Part shown: positions 51,174 to 60,443 of the stretch, piece by piece
How the letters are laid out: each line of letters starts with the position of its first letter
How positions within the stretch are numbered: the stretch's first letter is position 1
Virus record (IMG/VR): IMGVR_UViG_3300027413_000007
Coordinates: 4,180-68,179 of that record
Origin: a virus
DNA: 64,000 nt
Strand: one strand, 5' to 3'
Made by a program: the position numbers and the translations under genes
The notes under the pieces: model-generated
Databases searched by the model: none
Seen by the model: only the letters and a program-made list of their open reading frames with translations
What the model was told of the DNA's origin: nothing

Positions 51174-51413
51174 TCATTCAAATAGCAATTCATTTTGCTT
51201 TGGTAAAAAATTAAGACTCATTGCTTCAGCTTCAATTTTTTCTCGAATCACATTTGATATAAACTTTTTTACATCTTGTGGATCAATATTAGTGATGTCA
51301 CATGTCACAATAACAGCTTCCATATATGATAATTTTTTATCAACAACTTGCTCTTCAATTAACTTACCAAACTTGGCTCTGTTCATGAACTTAACTTCTT
51401 CTTGCATAATCAT
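51174..51413 (-). CDS. Late transcription coactivator gp33
   Basis: F...IE..V....SYMEAVI..C....IDP..V.K.IS..I.EKIEAEA..LNFL. Confidence 0.88.
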   Translation of the reverse strand: MIMQEEVKFMNRAKFGKLIEEQVVDKKLSYMEAVIVTCDITNIDPQDVKKFISNVIREKIEAEAMSLNFLPKQNELLFE

Positions 51414-51418
51414 CCTTT

Positions 51419-52567
51419 CTATTTAGCCATAACTCTAACAAGGATAGTATCCTTATTGATGCGACCATTTACTTTATCTTTAGTTTTAGTCGTGAGCTCA
51501 GACCATTCTTTTCTAATTTGATTTGCAGATTTTGTCAAAACCGCTTTTATAAAATCATCTGGCTTGCGAAGTTTAGTGCTACGTGAAAGATCAGCATCAA
51601 GGCCTAGAATAGTAGTACCCTTTACTTCAAACCCAATAGATTTTTGGCATACATATTCTGTTAGCTCTTTGTATTTTACATTAAAGGTATACAAACGCAT
51701 TGCACCAATTATAGAGGTTGGATGAATTGAAGTAAGCTTAAACTCCTTTGACTCTTTTGCGTAATTGAGTTTTTCAACTTGCTTATCTGCAGTTTTAACC
51801 TTTGGCTTACGAGTAGCTCGTAATGCCTTTTTTGATGCCATGAATTTATCAGCATCATTTACGAGTTGATTGAGAAATTCAAAATATTTTTTACGTTCTG
51901 AAACGGAAAGATATGAAAATGCTTCGACTAAATCTTCGGTTTTATCTTCAACTAATTCTTTTGCTTCATTACGAATAGGTGTATAGTAATCCAAAACAGC
52001 TTTGGCTGTATTATTTGCAGCATCAACTTTTTTTAATTCATCATAGAGTGAATAGTTCATGCATTCCTTATGATTTTTAGGATCATATTGATCAAGAACA
52101 TATTCAACTTGGGCAATAAATTCTGATGTTTTTTCTTTTAAAATTTCCTGTATAGTTTTTCTTTGAGGTGATGTGTCGTCACCTAGTTCAGCTTTTCGAG
52201 CAATATTGTTTTTGCCACGAGTTAGAATTTCTTTCATATGACGATTTAAGCAATCTTCAGCTTTCCACCATACCGGAAATTCCTTACCCATTTCTTTCCA
52301 TGCAATAGTAGCTGCTACAAAAGGTATAGAAGTAAAAGCCCATTCAGGCGCTTCAATGGCGATTTTAGCCTGATCTTTTGGCATAGTTGTTTTAATATAA
52401 GATTTAATTTTTGATGAAACATCTTTTTTATCAAGATCAGTACGGCAATAATCATTGAAATCACGAAAGTTTCCCATTGGCCCTGCCGCAAATCCAGTTG
52501 ACTTACGTCGGGAAAATGTTTGCTTAGCTTTAACTTTTTTTCCAAGCTTACGAGTTACCATTATCAA
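51419..52567 (-). CDS. Conserved hypothetical protein of T4-like phages
   Basis: 382 aa; C-terminal SI.P..IIGA..LY.FN.K.K.L..Y...G.EVKGTTI...KLRKP...NGRIN. Confidence 0.75.
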   Translation of the reverse strand: MIMVTRKLGKKVKAKQTFSRRKSTGFAAGPMGNFRDFNDYCRTDLDKKDVSSKIKSYIKTTMPKDQAKIAIEAPEWAFTSIPFVAATIAWKEMGKEFPVWWKAEDCLNRHMKEILTRGKNNIARKAELGDDTSPQRKTIQEILKEKTSEFIAQVEYVLDQYDPKNHKECMNYSLYDELKKVDAANNTAKAVLDYYTPIRNEAKELVEDKTEDLVEAFSYLSVSERKKYFEFLNQLVNDADKFMASKKALRATRKPKVKTADKQVEKLNYAKESKEFKLTSIHPTSIIGAMRLYTFNVKYKELTEYVCQKSIGFEVKGTTILGLDADLSRSTKLRKPDDFIKAVLTKSANQIRKEWSELTTKTKDKVNGRINKDTILVRVMAK

Positions 52568-52754
52568 AGTCCTCTATTTTGATTAAGTCATAATCTCCAT
52601 CATCCATTTCTTCGTAATGAATATAGCCATCATGACATAGTTTAGTAATTACAAGATCAATTATGCCTTCGACGTTTTTTTCTTCTGCATTTCTACGACC
52701 AAGAACAAAAGAAGTAATAATAATTCCACTGACTAGTAAACCAAGTTCAAGCAT
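52548..52754 (-). CDS. Small membrane-anchored hypothetical protein
   Basis: N-terminal hydrophobic helix; AGGAGA RBS; upstream TTTACA-N17-TATTAT. Confidence 0.65.
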   Translation of the reverse strand: MLELGLLVSGIIITSFVLGRRNAEEKNVEGIIDLVITKLCHDGYIHYEEMDDGDYDLIKIEDFDNGNS

Positions 52755-52834
52755 AGTTATCTCCTTAACATATGACTATAATAACACAAATAAGAGTCAT
52801 TGTAAACCCTTAAACGCATTTTTTTTTATTTTTT

Positions 52835-53062
52835 TTATGATTTACCTGCAGTAACATATGAGCCTTCAGCCATATCATATGCTGCTACTAATTCTTTTAA
52901 CATGTATGGTGATATTACCACAATATTAAAATCATCGTCATCAGTGTATTGACGAATATAACAAAGTTCTTCGTCAACTATAATTTCAACATCATCGGTT
53001 TTTCCATTATTATCTAAAATGGTAATAATACTATGATCATATTTATGTTCAACTGTAATCAT
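52835..53062 (-). CDS. Hypothetical protein
   Basis: 75-aa acidic ORF in the co-oriented early array. Confidence 0.6.
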   Translation of the reverse strand: MITVEHKYDHSIITILDNNGKTDDVEIIVDEELCYIRQYTDDDDFNIVVISPYMLKELVAAYDMAEGSYVTAGKS

Positions 53063-53174
53063 AATTTTCTAAGTAAACCTTTTAATTTAACAATTTCAGA
53101 ATTAGTAAGAGTTGCATAAGGGGCTTTTAGAAGTCGATCGACTACATTAATGATAAAGTCTCTATCGTTCTGAT

Positions 53175-53462
53175 TCATTTCTTAGCGGCCTTTCTTAAGC
53201 TCTTGAGGGACGCCGAGATGATAGTTGGATATTTTCCAATATAACTACCTGCTTCTAACATGTCTTTACTCAATAGATGTTTATGATAGTGTTCAATGTT
53301 GTCCCATTGCTTAATAATATTTTTTGCTAATTTATCATAAAAATCATCAGATAATATTGGATCATCTTTTTCATAATAAGCATACGATGCCATAAGGTAA
53401 TATGGCACCGTCATATTCACATTATTAGTAATTATTTTAATAACGTGTTTATCTAAAATCAT
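53175..53462 (-). CDS. Stand-alone NAD-dependent DNA ligase subdomain-Ia-like protein
   Basis: YAYYEKDDPILSDDFYDKL resembles LigA YY..D.P.ISD.EYD.L. Confidence 0.65.
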   Translation of the reverse strand: MILDKHVIKIITNNVNMTVPYYLMASYAYYEKDDPILSDDFYDKLAKNIIKQWDNIEHYHKHLLSKDMLEAGSYIGKYPTIISASLKSLRKAAKK

Positions 53463-53791
53463 CTACGCATACTCGCTGCATCAACTGCTGCCTGTTTATT
53501 GTCTTTACGAATTGGCATAAGATTACTTTTATGTGTTACAACAATACCAGCAATCTCATTACCTGTATATTTATTCGTTTCTTTTAGTGTACCATTATCA
53601 ATACTATTTGACAATTGATCTCTTGAAACTTTAAATTTTGGCCGCTCATGACGATAATCTTGTTTAGTTCCTTTCACACCCATACGATCAAGAAAAGCTT
53701 GATGTTCAGCTTCCCTTGCTTTCCAACCCGGCTTCTTTTTGATTTTAGATTTGCCATGTACTTGAACACCTTGAATCATATGCATAGACAT
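53459..53791 (-). CDS. Conserved phage hypothetical protein
   Basis: Basic; YTG..I.GI...HKSNL.PI...A...A.MRR; GGAG RBS. Confidence 0.7.
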   Translation of the reverse strand: MSMHMIQGVQVHGKSKIKKKPGWKAREAEHQAFLDRMGVKGTKQDYRHERPKFKVSRDQLSNSIDNGTLKETNKYTGNEIAGIVVTHKSNLMPIRKDNKQAAVDAASMRR

Positions 53792-53815
53792 TGTATACTC
53801 CTTTATCGTTAGATT

Positions 53816-53855
53816 TAATCTATCACACTTTTAAGAGATTGTAAAGGATTATTTT
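53816..53855 (-). promoter_or_regulatory. Early promoter TTTACA-N17-TAGATT, copy 1 of a 40-bp repeat
   Basis: 38/40 identical to 56046-56085. Confidence 0.7.
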
Positions 53856-53858
53856 AAT

Positions 53859-54170
53859 TTACATAGAATAAACTTTTGGGCGATAAACATATTTACATTC
53901 CTGTACGCTATCGACACGAAAAGACCGCCAGCCTTTTGCGGTCGTGTCCCAGCATGGAATGACTTCAGGATTTACAGCACGAACTTTCTTTTGAGTAATA
54001 GGCTCATCTTTTTCAGCAGATGGAATCATACCTTCTAGCAAAGTACAAGTCATAACTCGCTTATCGCCATTTACTTTTGTAAAGGTTACTTCGCATACAC
54101 CTGATGTAAGCATTCCCATAAACTTATCACGAGAATCACTGTTAGCGGTTTCATTTAATACTTCAGTCAT
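53859..54170 (-). CDS. WYL_2/SH3-like beta-barrel protein
   Basis: VTFTKVNG.KR.M.CTL...WD....GWRSFR; start moved to the ATG at 54170. Confidence 0.75.
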   Translation of the reverse strand: MTEVLNETANSDSRDKFMGMLTSGVCEVTFTKVNGDKRVMTCTLLEGMIPSAEKDEPITQKKVRAVNPEVIPCWDTTAKGWRSFRVDSVQECKYVYRPKVYSM

Positions 54171-54450
54171 TGATATTACCCTTTCCGGTAAATGCATCAT
54201 TTTCTAAATGATAGTTGTTAATAAGTTTTTTTAAAAACTTGATTTCTTCTTCTAATTGAATAATATGATCAGCGGCTTTCCAAGCATAATGCTCAGTACA
54301 TCTAGCCTTCCATTCTTCACCTGCTTGGTTTTTAAGTGATTGAACAACTTCAGATTGCTGTGGACGAGGATTAATATCTAAATAAACCTTGTCCACAACA
54401 TCATGTTCATTTTCCTCCTTTTCAAATCCGTGTGTATTAGGCTCATTCAT
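54163..54450 (-). CDS. Hypothetical protein
   Basis: Start moved to the ATG at 54450 (GGAGA RBS); W.AAD.I..LE motif. Confidence 0.6.
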   Translation of the reverse strand: MNEPNTHGFEKEENEHDVVDKVYLDINPRPQQSEVVQSLKNQAGEEWKARCTEHYAWKAADHIIQLEEEIKFLKKLINNYHLENDAFTGKGNIND

Positions 54451-54464
54451 TAGTTTTCTCCAAA

Positions 54465-54704
54465 TCACTGCAACTGGAATGTCCACTGGTTTTTAATGTT
54501 AGAACTACTATGACCCCATCGATCTTGACGTGTTTGACCACGGTCAAGGTGCCAACGATCTTTATTTAAGTTTTCACACATTTTAATTGCATCTTCTTCA
54601 GAAGTGCAAACAGTCCTAAGCGTTTGCCCAGATGTTACATGCCACAGCTTTTGATTAATTCTTGCCGGGTCTTGATGAACATTCCATTTAAAATCATTAG
54701 TCAT
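54465..54704 (-). CDS. Hypothetical protein
   Basis: AGGAGA RBS, co-oriented array. Confidence 0.6.
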   Translation of the reverse strand: MTNDFKWNVHQDPARINQKLWHVTSGQTLRTVCTSEEDAIKMCENLNKDRWHLDRGQTRQDRWGHSSSNIKNQWTFQLQ

Positions 54705-54715
54705 AGTAGTCTCCT

Positions 54716-55267
54716 TTAAAATGCCAACTGAATATCAGCTGGCCCGTTATAGTATTCGTCGCTATGCATACCCATAGCTTCAAGCAACTCATCAGTTTCT
54801 CGTTTGAAAATTCCCCAGAACTTAGGATCGTGCTTTTTGATACTTTCAGCATTATGCTGAATATCAAATTTCTTAATTAATCTTACCCAATACGGCGCTT
54901 TTGCTAAGCGATCACGATCAAGCTTTTTTCGAAGTGATCGATTACCAACAAACGTTTCAACGTCTGTAAGAAACCATACACCTTTCGCAACTTCATCTCC
55001 AAACTGCTCTTTGATGTCTTTATGATTATATGATGTATCTTCAACAACATCATGAAGAAGCGCCACAGACATAGCCACAGTAACACTAACTGGGTTTGGG
55101 CCATGAGGATCTGTATAATGCGGATTGTCATCCAGATGCTCTTCGATCATATCAGCAACTGCGATAGGGTGCGTGATGTAATCTTCACCAGTGTACTTAC
55201 GTTTTTGATTGGAATGCGCCTTAGTTGCGAATGTAAGTGCATTACCAAATGCTTCATAATCTTCCAT
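54716..55267 (-). CDS. HD-domain (p)ppGpp hydrolase-like protein (Mesh1/SAH family)
   Basis: FATKAHSNQKRK..GEDYITHP..VA...ALLHDVVEDT...FG..VA..V..LTD. Confidence 0.85.
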   Translation of the reverse strand: MEDYEAFGNALTFATKAHSNQKRKYTGEDYITHPIAVADMIEEHLDDNPHYTDPHGPNPVSVTVAMSVALLHDVVEDTSYNHKDIKEQFGDEVAKGVWFLTDVETFVGNRSLRKKLDRDRLAKAPYWVRLIKKFDIQHNAESIKKHDPKFWGIFKRETDELLEAMGMHSDEYYNGPADIQLAF

Positions 55268-55554
55268 ATCGAATTCCTTAGTTAGACAGTTTATAAAGAA
55301 CTATGCCTAAGTTTCCTGCAGAAATTAATAAAAGTCCATAAGTAATCCAAAATGGATCTTCGTGAAGATCACTTTTTAGATAAGCACGTAAACAAAAAAT
55401 GCCCACGAAAAGGTTGATAATTGTCATAATTTCCATTATTTTTTACTCCTTAAAAACATATCCCAGAACATCCACATAATACCAACTAACGGAACAGCTA
55501 GACATATTACAGCTAGAACTATTAATATAACCATTACTGTTAGTTCGAACATTA

Positions 55555-55749
55555 CTAGTAATCCTCTTCTTCATCTTCTTTTTCGATAAACAGTTGATCT
55601 GTATTGTTTGCTATAAACAGCCAAACTAATACGCCATAGCACATTAAGTATCCTGCAATCGAGTCCAGTATTATAAGACAAATACCAAGCCCACCGAAAA
55701 ATAGAGTGAATGCGATCCATAATGGATTAATCATTAGTAATCTCCCCAA
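55555..55749 (-). CDS. Small two-helix membrane protein
   Basis: Two hydrophobic segments and an acidic tail. Confidence 0.55.
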   Translation of the reverse strand: MGRLLMINPLWIAFTLFFGGLGICLIILDSIAGYLMCYGVLVWLFIANNTDQLFIEKEDEEEDY

Positions 55750-56024
55750 TCTGTATCATGACGAGTGGTTTCATGTAGTGTTTCGCCATAGTATGTTTTA
55801 GCATATTTAGATGCATCAGTATAATGATTAACATTATCTTGACCACCAGTAAAACCTGAAAGCTTTTTATCTTCAGCTGTACGCTTTTTACGAGCAACGA
55901 TACGAACTTTTGCAGTATTTTTACGAATTGTTGCCAACCGCTCTTTGCGAGCCTTTTCGTTTTTTTGCTTTTCAGCAATTGCTTTAATTATTGCCAGCCG
56001 ATCATCTAGGTTTTTAGCAATCAT
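55734..56024 (-). CDS. Basic hypothetical protein
   Basis: AAGGAG RBS directly after an early promoter. Confidence 0.7.
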   Translation of the reverse strand: MIAKNLDDRLAIIKAIAEKQKNEKARKERLATIRKNTAKVRIVARKKRTAEDKKLSGFTGGQDNVNHYTDASKYAKTYYGETLHETTRHDTDWGDY

Positions 56025-56044
56025 AATATTCTCCTTTGTTAAGT

Positions 56045-56488
56045 CTAATCTATCACACTTTTAAGCGAATGTAAAGGATTATTTTCAATATTTTGAAAAG
56101 AATTCCAAAGAATTTCTTCCTTTTCAAATGCATCTATTTCCCAAGGGAGATTTTCATAATCAATCCCTTCATATGTTTCACCAAACCAAGTCTTTTCGAT
56201 ATCACAGAATTTTTCATGAAGGACTTGTTGAACATGGACGAGTTCGTGAAAAATTGTTTTTATTATTTCTTCGACTGATTTCTTACTATTAATTTCGATA
56301 GCAGCAACACCATCTTCTTCATCGCCAATACCGTCAAAATAACCACAATTATCTCCATTTTTACTTTTAAATACAATTTGAAGCTCTTCAAGGTCTTCAA
56401 GAATAAGCATTTCATTTGCATATGAAACTACCGAGTCAAGAACTTCGTTTGAAATTTTTGTGGGTTTATTGTATGTATCGAGAATCAT
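56045..56488 (-). CDS. HExxH zinc-metallopeptidase-like protein
   Basis: TIFHELVHVQQ...Y..LPWEIDA; start moved to the ATG at 56488. Confidence 0.75.
   Translation of the reverse strand: MILDTYNKPTKISNEVLDSVVSYANEMLILEDLEELQIVFKSKNGDNCGYFDGIGDEEDGVAAIEINSKKSVEEIIKTIFHELVHVQQVLHEKFCDIEKTWFGETYEGIDYENLPWEIDAFEKEEILWNSFQNIENNPLHSLKSVID
56046..56085 (-). promoter_or_regulatory. Early promoter, copy 2 of the 40-bp repeat
   Basis: Matches 53816-53855; overlaps the 3' end of the HExxH gene. Confidence 0.7.
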
Positions 56489-56492
56489 ATTA

Positions 56493-56684
56493 TTATACCG
56501 CCATGAGGTCAAAGGGATCGTCGTATAGTTGTTCCCAGCATTCTTCAAGGGCATCCTCATCATTTGAAGAGAAAGTAACAGTATTGTCAGGATTGATTGT
56601 GTAGTCAATCCCTAATCCATCAGTGAAGATAGGAAGAAGTGAAAATTGAAAGGTTGGGTTAGGTTGAAAAGTGAAAGATTTCAT
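56493..56684 (-). CDS. Small acidic hypothetical protein
   Basis: AAGGAG RBS, first gene after a promoter cassette. Confidence 0.65.
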   Translation of the reverse strand: MKSFTFQPNPTFQFSLLPIFTDGLGIDYTINPDNTVTFSSNDEDALEECWEQLYDDPFDLMAV

Positions 56685-56730
56685 TTAGTTTCTCCTTTGT
56701 TAAATATAGTCTATACTATTTTTGGCCAAT

Positions 56731-56790
56731 TGTAAACAAAAAAATGCACCCGAAGATGCATTTAATTATAGGTGTAACATATTTGTCACA
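56731..56790 (-). repeat. 60-bp terminator-operator-promoter cassette, copy 1
   Basis: Identical to 58105-58164; on - reads TGTGAC-N6-GTTACA, hairpin ATGCATC-TTCG-GGTGCAT with T-run, then the -35 TTTACA. Confidence 0.9.
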
Positions 56791-56796
56791 TTAATA

Positions 56797-57003
56797 TTAC
56801 CACTCTTTATAGCAACCATCTTCTTCGTTATCATTAAATCCTTTAGTATAATCTACAATTTCTTTTGGAATCATATCTTCCATTTTAATACATGGACTAT
56901 TATATGTACCCTCAACAAAATAATGAGGATTAAAACCTCTTCTATAATAACTATCGGCGGCTCCTCTATCGTATGGACCACCATGACGTTTATCATATGT
57001 CAT
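56797..57003 (-). CDS. Conserved small phage protein
   Basis: HGGPYDRG.ADSYY.R...PHY; AGGAG RBS. Confidence 0.7.
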   Translation of the reverse strand: MTYDKRHGGPYDRGAADSYYRRGFNPHYFVEGTYNSPCIKMEDMIPKEIVDYTKGFNDNEEDGCYKEW

Positions 57004-57042
57004 TATATTTCTCCTATGTTAACATTGCTATAAGAAGACATG

Positions 57043-57252
57043 CTAGGAAGATGCCTTCAAGAATCGGTTGTTCGAACATTTTTGTACCTCAATTTGTTTC
57101 ATTATGTATTCCATGTAGGTTGATCCTACTTTGTTTTTTACTTCTTCGATAATTGACTTATCGTCAATATTGTCAGCCAGCCTTTTTGCCACCAGCTTAG
57201 AAATAAATTCTAAATCGTGATAATCATATAAGGCTGGCTGACATATTTTCAT
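57043..57252 (-). CDS. Hypothetical protein
   Basis: ATGA-coupled to the upstream gene. Confidence 0.55.
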   Translation of the reverse strand: MKICQPALYDYHDLEFISKLVAKRLADNIDDKSIIEEVKNKVGSTYMEYIMKQIEVQKCSNNRFLKASS

Positions 57253-57887
57253 GCTAGCATTTTTTCTTTACGAGCAGCTGCTAATCGGTCATATCCCTTT
57301 TTCCAGACTTCTGGAGATTTGATATTTGATGACTCAGTAACTTTCAACTTCTTTTCTTTGAAGCAAGCTTTAAGATAAGCAGCTTGTTCGCTACTCATAA
57401 ACCGAGAAACCAGTTTAAGAAGAGTGATACGAAAGCGTACATCATGGTGCATATTGCCTGCGCTATGTGCCATCTCATGGAGAAGAACATATTGATTTAA
57501 ACCGCTTCTACGATTAAGATCAATATTATGAGCCCATGCACGACCAGCTGTTCTGCTACCAGACATTTCAGCCAAAGCAATATTTCTTACACCGGCAGTT
57601 GATATTTTTTTCCAAGTCTTTGAAGCTAAAACTTTGTCACAATATTTTTGAGCTTCTTCAAGATTTTGAAACTTTTTACCCTGACCATAAGTACGTTCGT
57701 ACTTAAACTCAGCACTGTAAACTTTTGATTTATCTGAGTCACGAGAATATTTGCCATTCTTACGGCCAGTTTTAATCAAAGTTTCTTTCTTATTTACATA
57801 GTCAAGAAACTTCATAATAGTATCATCATCCCAACCTTTACTTTTGAGATCAATTACAACTGGCTTTTGATAAGAACGATAAATCAT
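57249..57887 (-). CDS. HExxH metallopeptidase-like protein (SprT-like)
   Basis: VLLHEMAH....HHD..F. Confidence 0.75.
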   Translation of the reverse strand: MIYRSYQKPVVIDLKSKGWDDDTIMKFLDYVNKKETLIKTGRKNGKYSRDSDKSKVYSAEFKYERTYGQGKKFQNLEEAQKYCDKVLASKTWKKISTAGVRNIALAEMSGSRTAGRAWAHNIDLNRRSGLNQYVLLHEMAHSAGNMHHDVRFRITLLKLVSRFMSSEQAAYLKACFKEKKLKVTESSNIKSPEVWKKGYDRLAAARKEKMLA

Positions 57888-58057
57888 ACTGCATTCCTTT
57901 GCATTTCTACAATCATATCCAATTCAATAGTATCAGCCTTATCATCGAAGACTTCTGACAAAGCCATGATGTGGCCAGCTGGAATTGGATCTTCTGATGA
58001 TTGTGTATTAGCAATTAGCTGCCGAAGCATTTGTGCGATTTCTCTATATTCTTGCAT
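57884..58057 (-). CDS. Small hypothetical protein (57 aa, below the ORF-track cutoff)
   Basis: MQEYREIAQMLRQLIANTQ...; AAGGAG RBS after the promoter cassette, ATGA overlap with the next gene. Confidence 0.6.
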   Translation of the reverse strand: MQEYREIAQMLRQLIANTQSSEDPIPAGHIMALSEVFDDKADTIELDMIVEMQRNAV

Positions 58058-58104
58058 TATGTAGTCTCCTTTGTTAGATATAGTCTATACCATTTAGGAG
58101 TAAA

Positions 58105-58164
58105 TGTAAACAAAAAAATGCACCCGAAGATGCATTTAATTATAGGTGTAACATATTTGTCACA
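58105..58164 (-). repeat. 60-bp terminator-operator-promoter cassette, copy 2
   Basis: Identical to 56731-56790; the downstream -10 region (GTATAGACTATA) and RBS are also shared. Confidence 0.9.
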
Positions 58165-58165
58165 A

Positions 58166-58426
58166 TTAACCTTTATAGATTTTAGTAAGCAGATCTTCAA
58201 ATTGTTCTACTTTTTCAAGTCTATTTGGCCAATGAATATAATCTTTCTGTGGATTTTTCTTTAGATTAGATAGTAATGGAATCATTGAATTATACAGCTT
58301 ATCAACTTTTTCTTGTAATACTTCTAAATTTTCTCCAATGCTTGCTTGAGATTGAACAGCATCTTGAACTGCTTCAAGTTCTTCTTCTGTAACTGCCGTA
58401 AATCCAAAATCAAAAATGTCACTCAT
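58166..58426 (-). CDS. Conserved T4-like hypothetical protein
   Basis: FDFGFTAV.E.EL...LY..IPLL.NL.KNP.KDYI.WPNR. Confidence 0.75.
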   Translation of the reverse strand: MSDIFDFGFTAVTEEELEAVQDAVQSQASIGENLEVLQEKVDKLYNSMIPLLSNLKKNPQKDYIHWPNRLEKVEQFEDLLTKIYKG

Positions 58427-58625
58427 CTGCTGTTCCTCTATTTTTTAATATATCTTTCATAGTGCCAGATGCTGTAGTGGTAAATAGACTTGGAATAATA
58501 CTATGAATAAGCAAAAGTGGAACTAAAGCTTGTAATTTAATTGCGATTATTACTGCTCCACACATATGACCTATTGCAGTTTCATTTACATCATTTAGAT
58601 GTGATTGACATTGTTTGCTAAACAT
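58419..58625 (-). CDS. Small hypothetical protein (DUF6356-like)
   Basis: HL..VNET...H...A......LIH..IP.LF..TAS. Confidence 0.55.
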   Translation of the reverse strand: MFSKQCQSHLNDVNETAIGHMCGAVIIAIKLQALVPLLLIHSIIPSLFTTTASGTMKDILKNRGTADE

Positions 58626-58830
58626 TAGTAATATCCTCTAATTCTTTGTATCTTCTTGCAATATATGCATGATAGCTTTCTTGTTTTTCAACTGGCATTA
58701 CTTTCATATCCATCATTTTACCTCTAAATGCTGCGTCTTTGATATTCTGTCTAAATCTTAACATTCTTTCTTCATGATAATAATCAGACATTTGTCTATT
58801 CAATTCAATTTCAATTTCGAGTTCAGTCAT
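58618..58830 (-). CDS. Hypothetical protein
   Basis: Overlap-coupled ORF in the array. Confidence 0.55.
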   Translation of the reverse strand: MTELEIEIELNRQMSDYYHEERMLRFRQNIKDAAFRGKMMDMKVMPVEKQESYHAYIARRYKELEDITNV

Positions 58831-59141
58831 AGGCTCTGGCCTTCACTTTCAATTATAATCTGTCCGTCTAACATTTTCCATTTATCCAGTACTAAAACAA
58901 TTCTTTCATTTGGATTTCCTCCAACTTCAACACATCCAATTTCTAAAGGCTTCCATTTTTTAATTCCGTACTGTCTATTTAATCTTTCGATCAAACCTTT
59001 TGAAAGAAAGTCAATATTCGTTCTTGTAAATTGAACACATTTTTCAGAAGAATTAAATGTCGTGCCTTCTATTACGTGTCTATCATTAGCATCAGCTGAT
59101 AATATGAAAAGCGAATATATCATCCACATAGCAGTTTCCAT
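58827..59141 (-). CDS. Hypothetical exported protein
   Basis: Hydrophobic N-terminus; F.S.E.C...C Cys pair. Confidence 0.6.
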   Translation of the reverse strand: METAMWMIYSLFILSADANDRHVIEGTTFNSSEKCVQFTRTNIDFLSKGLIERLNRQYGIKKWKPLEIGCVEVGGNPNERIVLVLDKWKMLDGQIIIESEGQSL

Positions 59142-59143
59142 CT

Positions 59144-59584
59144 TTAAAATCCACCAGGAGAGAAATCAGTTCCATTTACAATAATACATGAGTATCCACC
59201 AGCAGTTCCAGCAACTGTAAATGTTCCGGTATTCTGATTCACATATACACTAATATCAATTCCCATTGGCTGAGCAAATTGTGGAGGCCGCCCAGGAGGA
59301 ATTCCAAATATTAATCCTCTTGCTTCAAATAAAAGCTTTTCTCCGTGTTCTTTATCAAGTAATGTTTTCAAATATTCTTCGGTATCGCATGGAATTCTTA
59401 TTGATTGTTGTGTAGGATTACGAGTAACACTATAGTTTTCAAAGTTATTTTTATCTTTTTCAGGACTAATTATATTTGGTTCTAAAGGTTCTACATAGAT
59501 TTCAGGATCTGCTTTTACTGATATACTTGCAGTGCAAGATGCTACTACAAATATTATAGTTGCTAATAATACTTTCTTAAACAT
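59144..59584 (-). CDS. Hypothetical exported/lipoprotein
   Basis: Signal peptide MFKKVLLATIIFVVASC; YVN..TGTFT...CI...G. Confidence 0.65.
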   Translation of the reverse strand: MFKKVLLATIIFVVASCTASISVKADPEIYVEPLEPNIISPEKDKNNFENYSVTRNPTQQSIRIPCDTEEYLKTLLDKEHGEKLLFEARGLIFGIPPGRPPQFAQPMGIDISVYVNQNTGTFTVAGTAGGYSCIIVNGTDFSPGGF

Positions 59585-59751
59585 TTGTTAATTCTCCGAT
59601 TCGTTTCATATATGCATATTTTTCTTTCACTTCTTCGGCTAACTGTTTCTTCAATATTTCGATTGTATTTGCTTGTTGCAGGAGTATCTTTCGATAACGT
59701 TCAGCTTCTGTATCGTCTGTTAACTGTACCATATTAATACTCCTTTTATCT

Positions 59752-60021
59752 TTAGTGTAGATATTTACTACGACGAGTTATTGTTGTAGCATCTACCTCA
59801 GTCCTTCGCATGAACGGACTTACTTGACCTCTACACTTACTAATTTCATCGATCATTGATTCATATTCTTCATCATTTAAGACAGATCTATATATGCTTA
59901 AAGAACACGCAGCTAATACTCCAGCAATTAACTCGGGCGAATTACCGTCGTCCATTAATTTACCACTAATATAATTTATAATCTCAGCCATGCGCTCAAG
60001 TTCCATTTCATCTTTTTTCAT
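59752..60021 (-). CDS. Hypothetical protein
   Basis: IAGVL.A.SL.IYR.VL..EEY..M motif. Confidence 0.65.
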   Translation of the reverse strand: MKKDEMELERMAEIINYISGKLMDDGNSPELIAGVLAACSLSIYRSVLNDEEYESMIDEISKCRGQVSPFMRRTEVDATTITRRSKYLH

Positions 60022-60383
60022 TATGGTAATCCGTCCACATAAATTGTTGACCCAATATATTGATTTCCTTTTACATTGGTTTGGCCTCTATAAGATCTGC
60101 CATAGCTCTCAGCTCTCCAAAATACTGTTCGAACTTTATAACATGTTTTAGTGTTATTACTAAGTCCAGCCCCAAGCGCTGATCCAATTATTGCTCCTTT
60201 GTCATTGCCTACAAGAATTTTTCCAATCACAGCACCAATAACTAAAGAGCTTAAGAAATTAGAAGAGCTTTGACATTGATGGCCACGATCTTGAATATGA
60301 GTAACATGAGCAAGTCGAGTAGCGGCGTGACTAGTAGTGCTAACTAATGCAAGTGCTGAACACAATAAAAGTAATTTTTTCAT
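60021..60383 (-). CDS. Exported glycine-zipper protein
   Basis: Signal peptide plus IGAVIG...GAIIGSALGAG. Confidence 0.7.
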   Translation of the reverse strand: MKKLLLLCSALALVSTTSHAATRLAHVTHIQDRGHQCQSSSNFLSSLVIGAVIGKILVGNDKGAIIGSALGAGLSNNTKTCYKVRTVFWRAESYGRSYRGQTNVKGNQYIGSTIYVDGLP

Positions 60384-60443
60384 CTTCTTCTCTCCGGTTT
60401 ATCTAATAACAATTATACCACTTTTTTAATAAAAAGTAAACAA

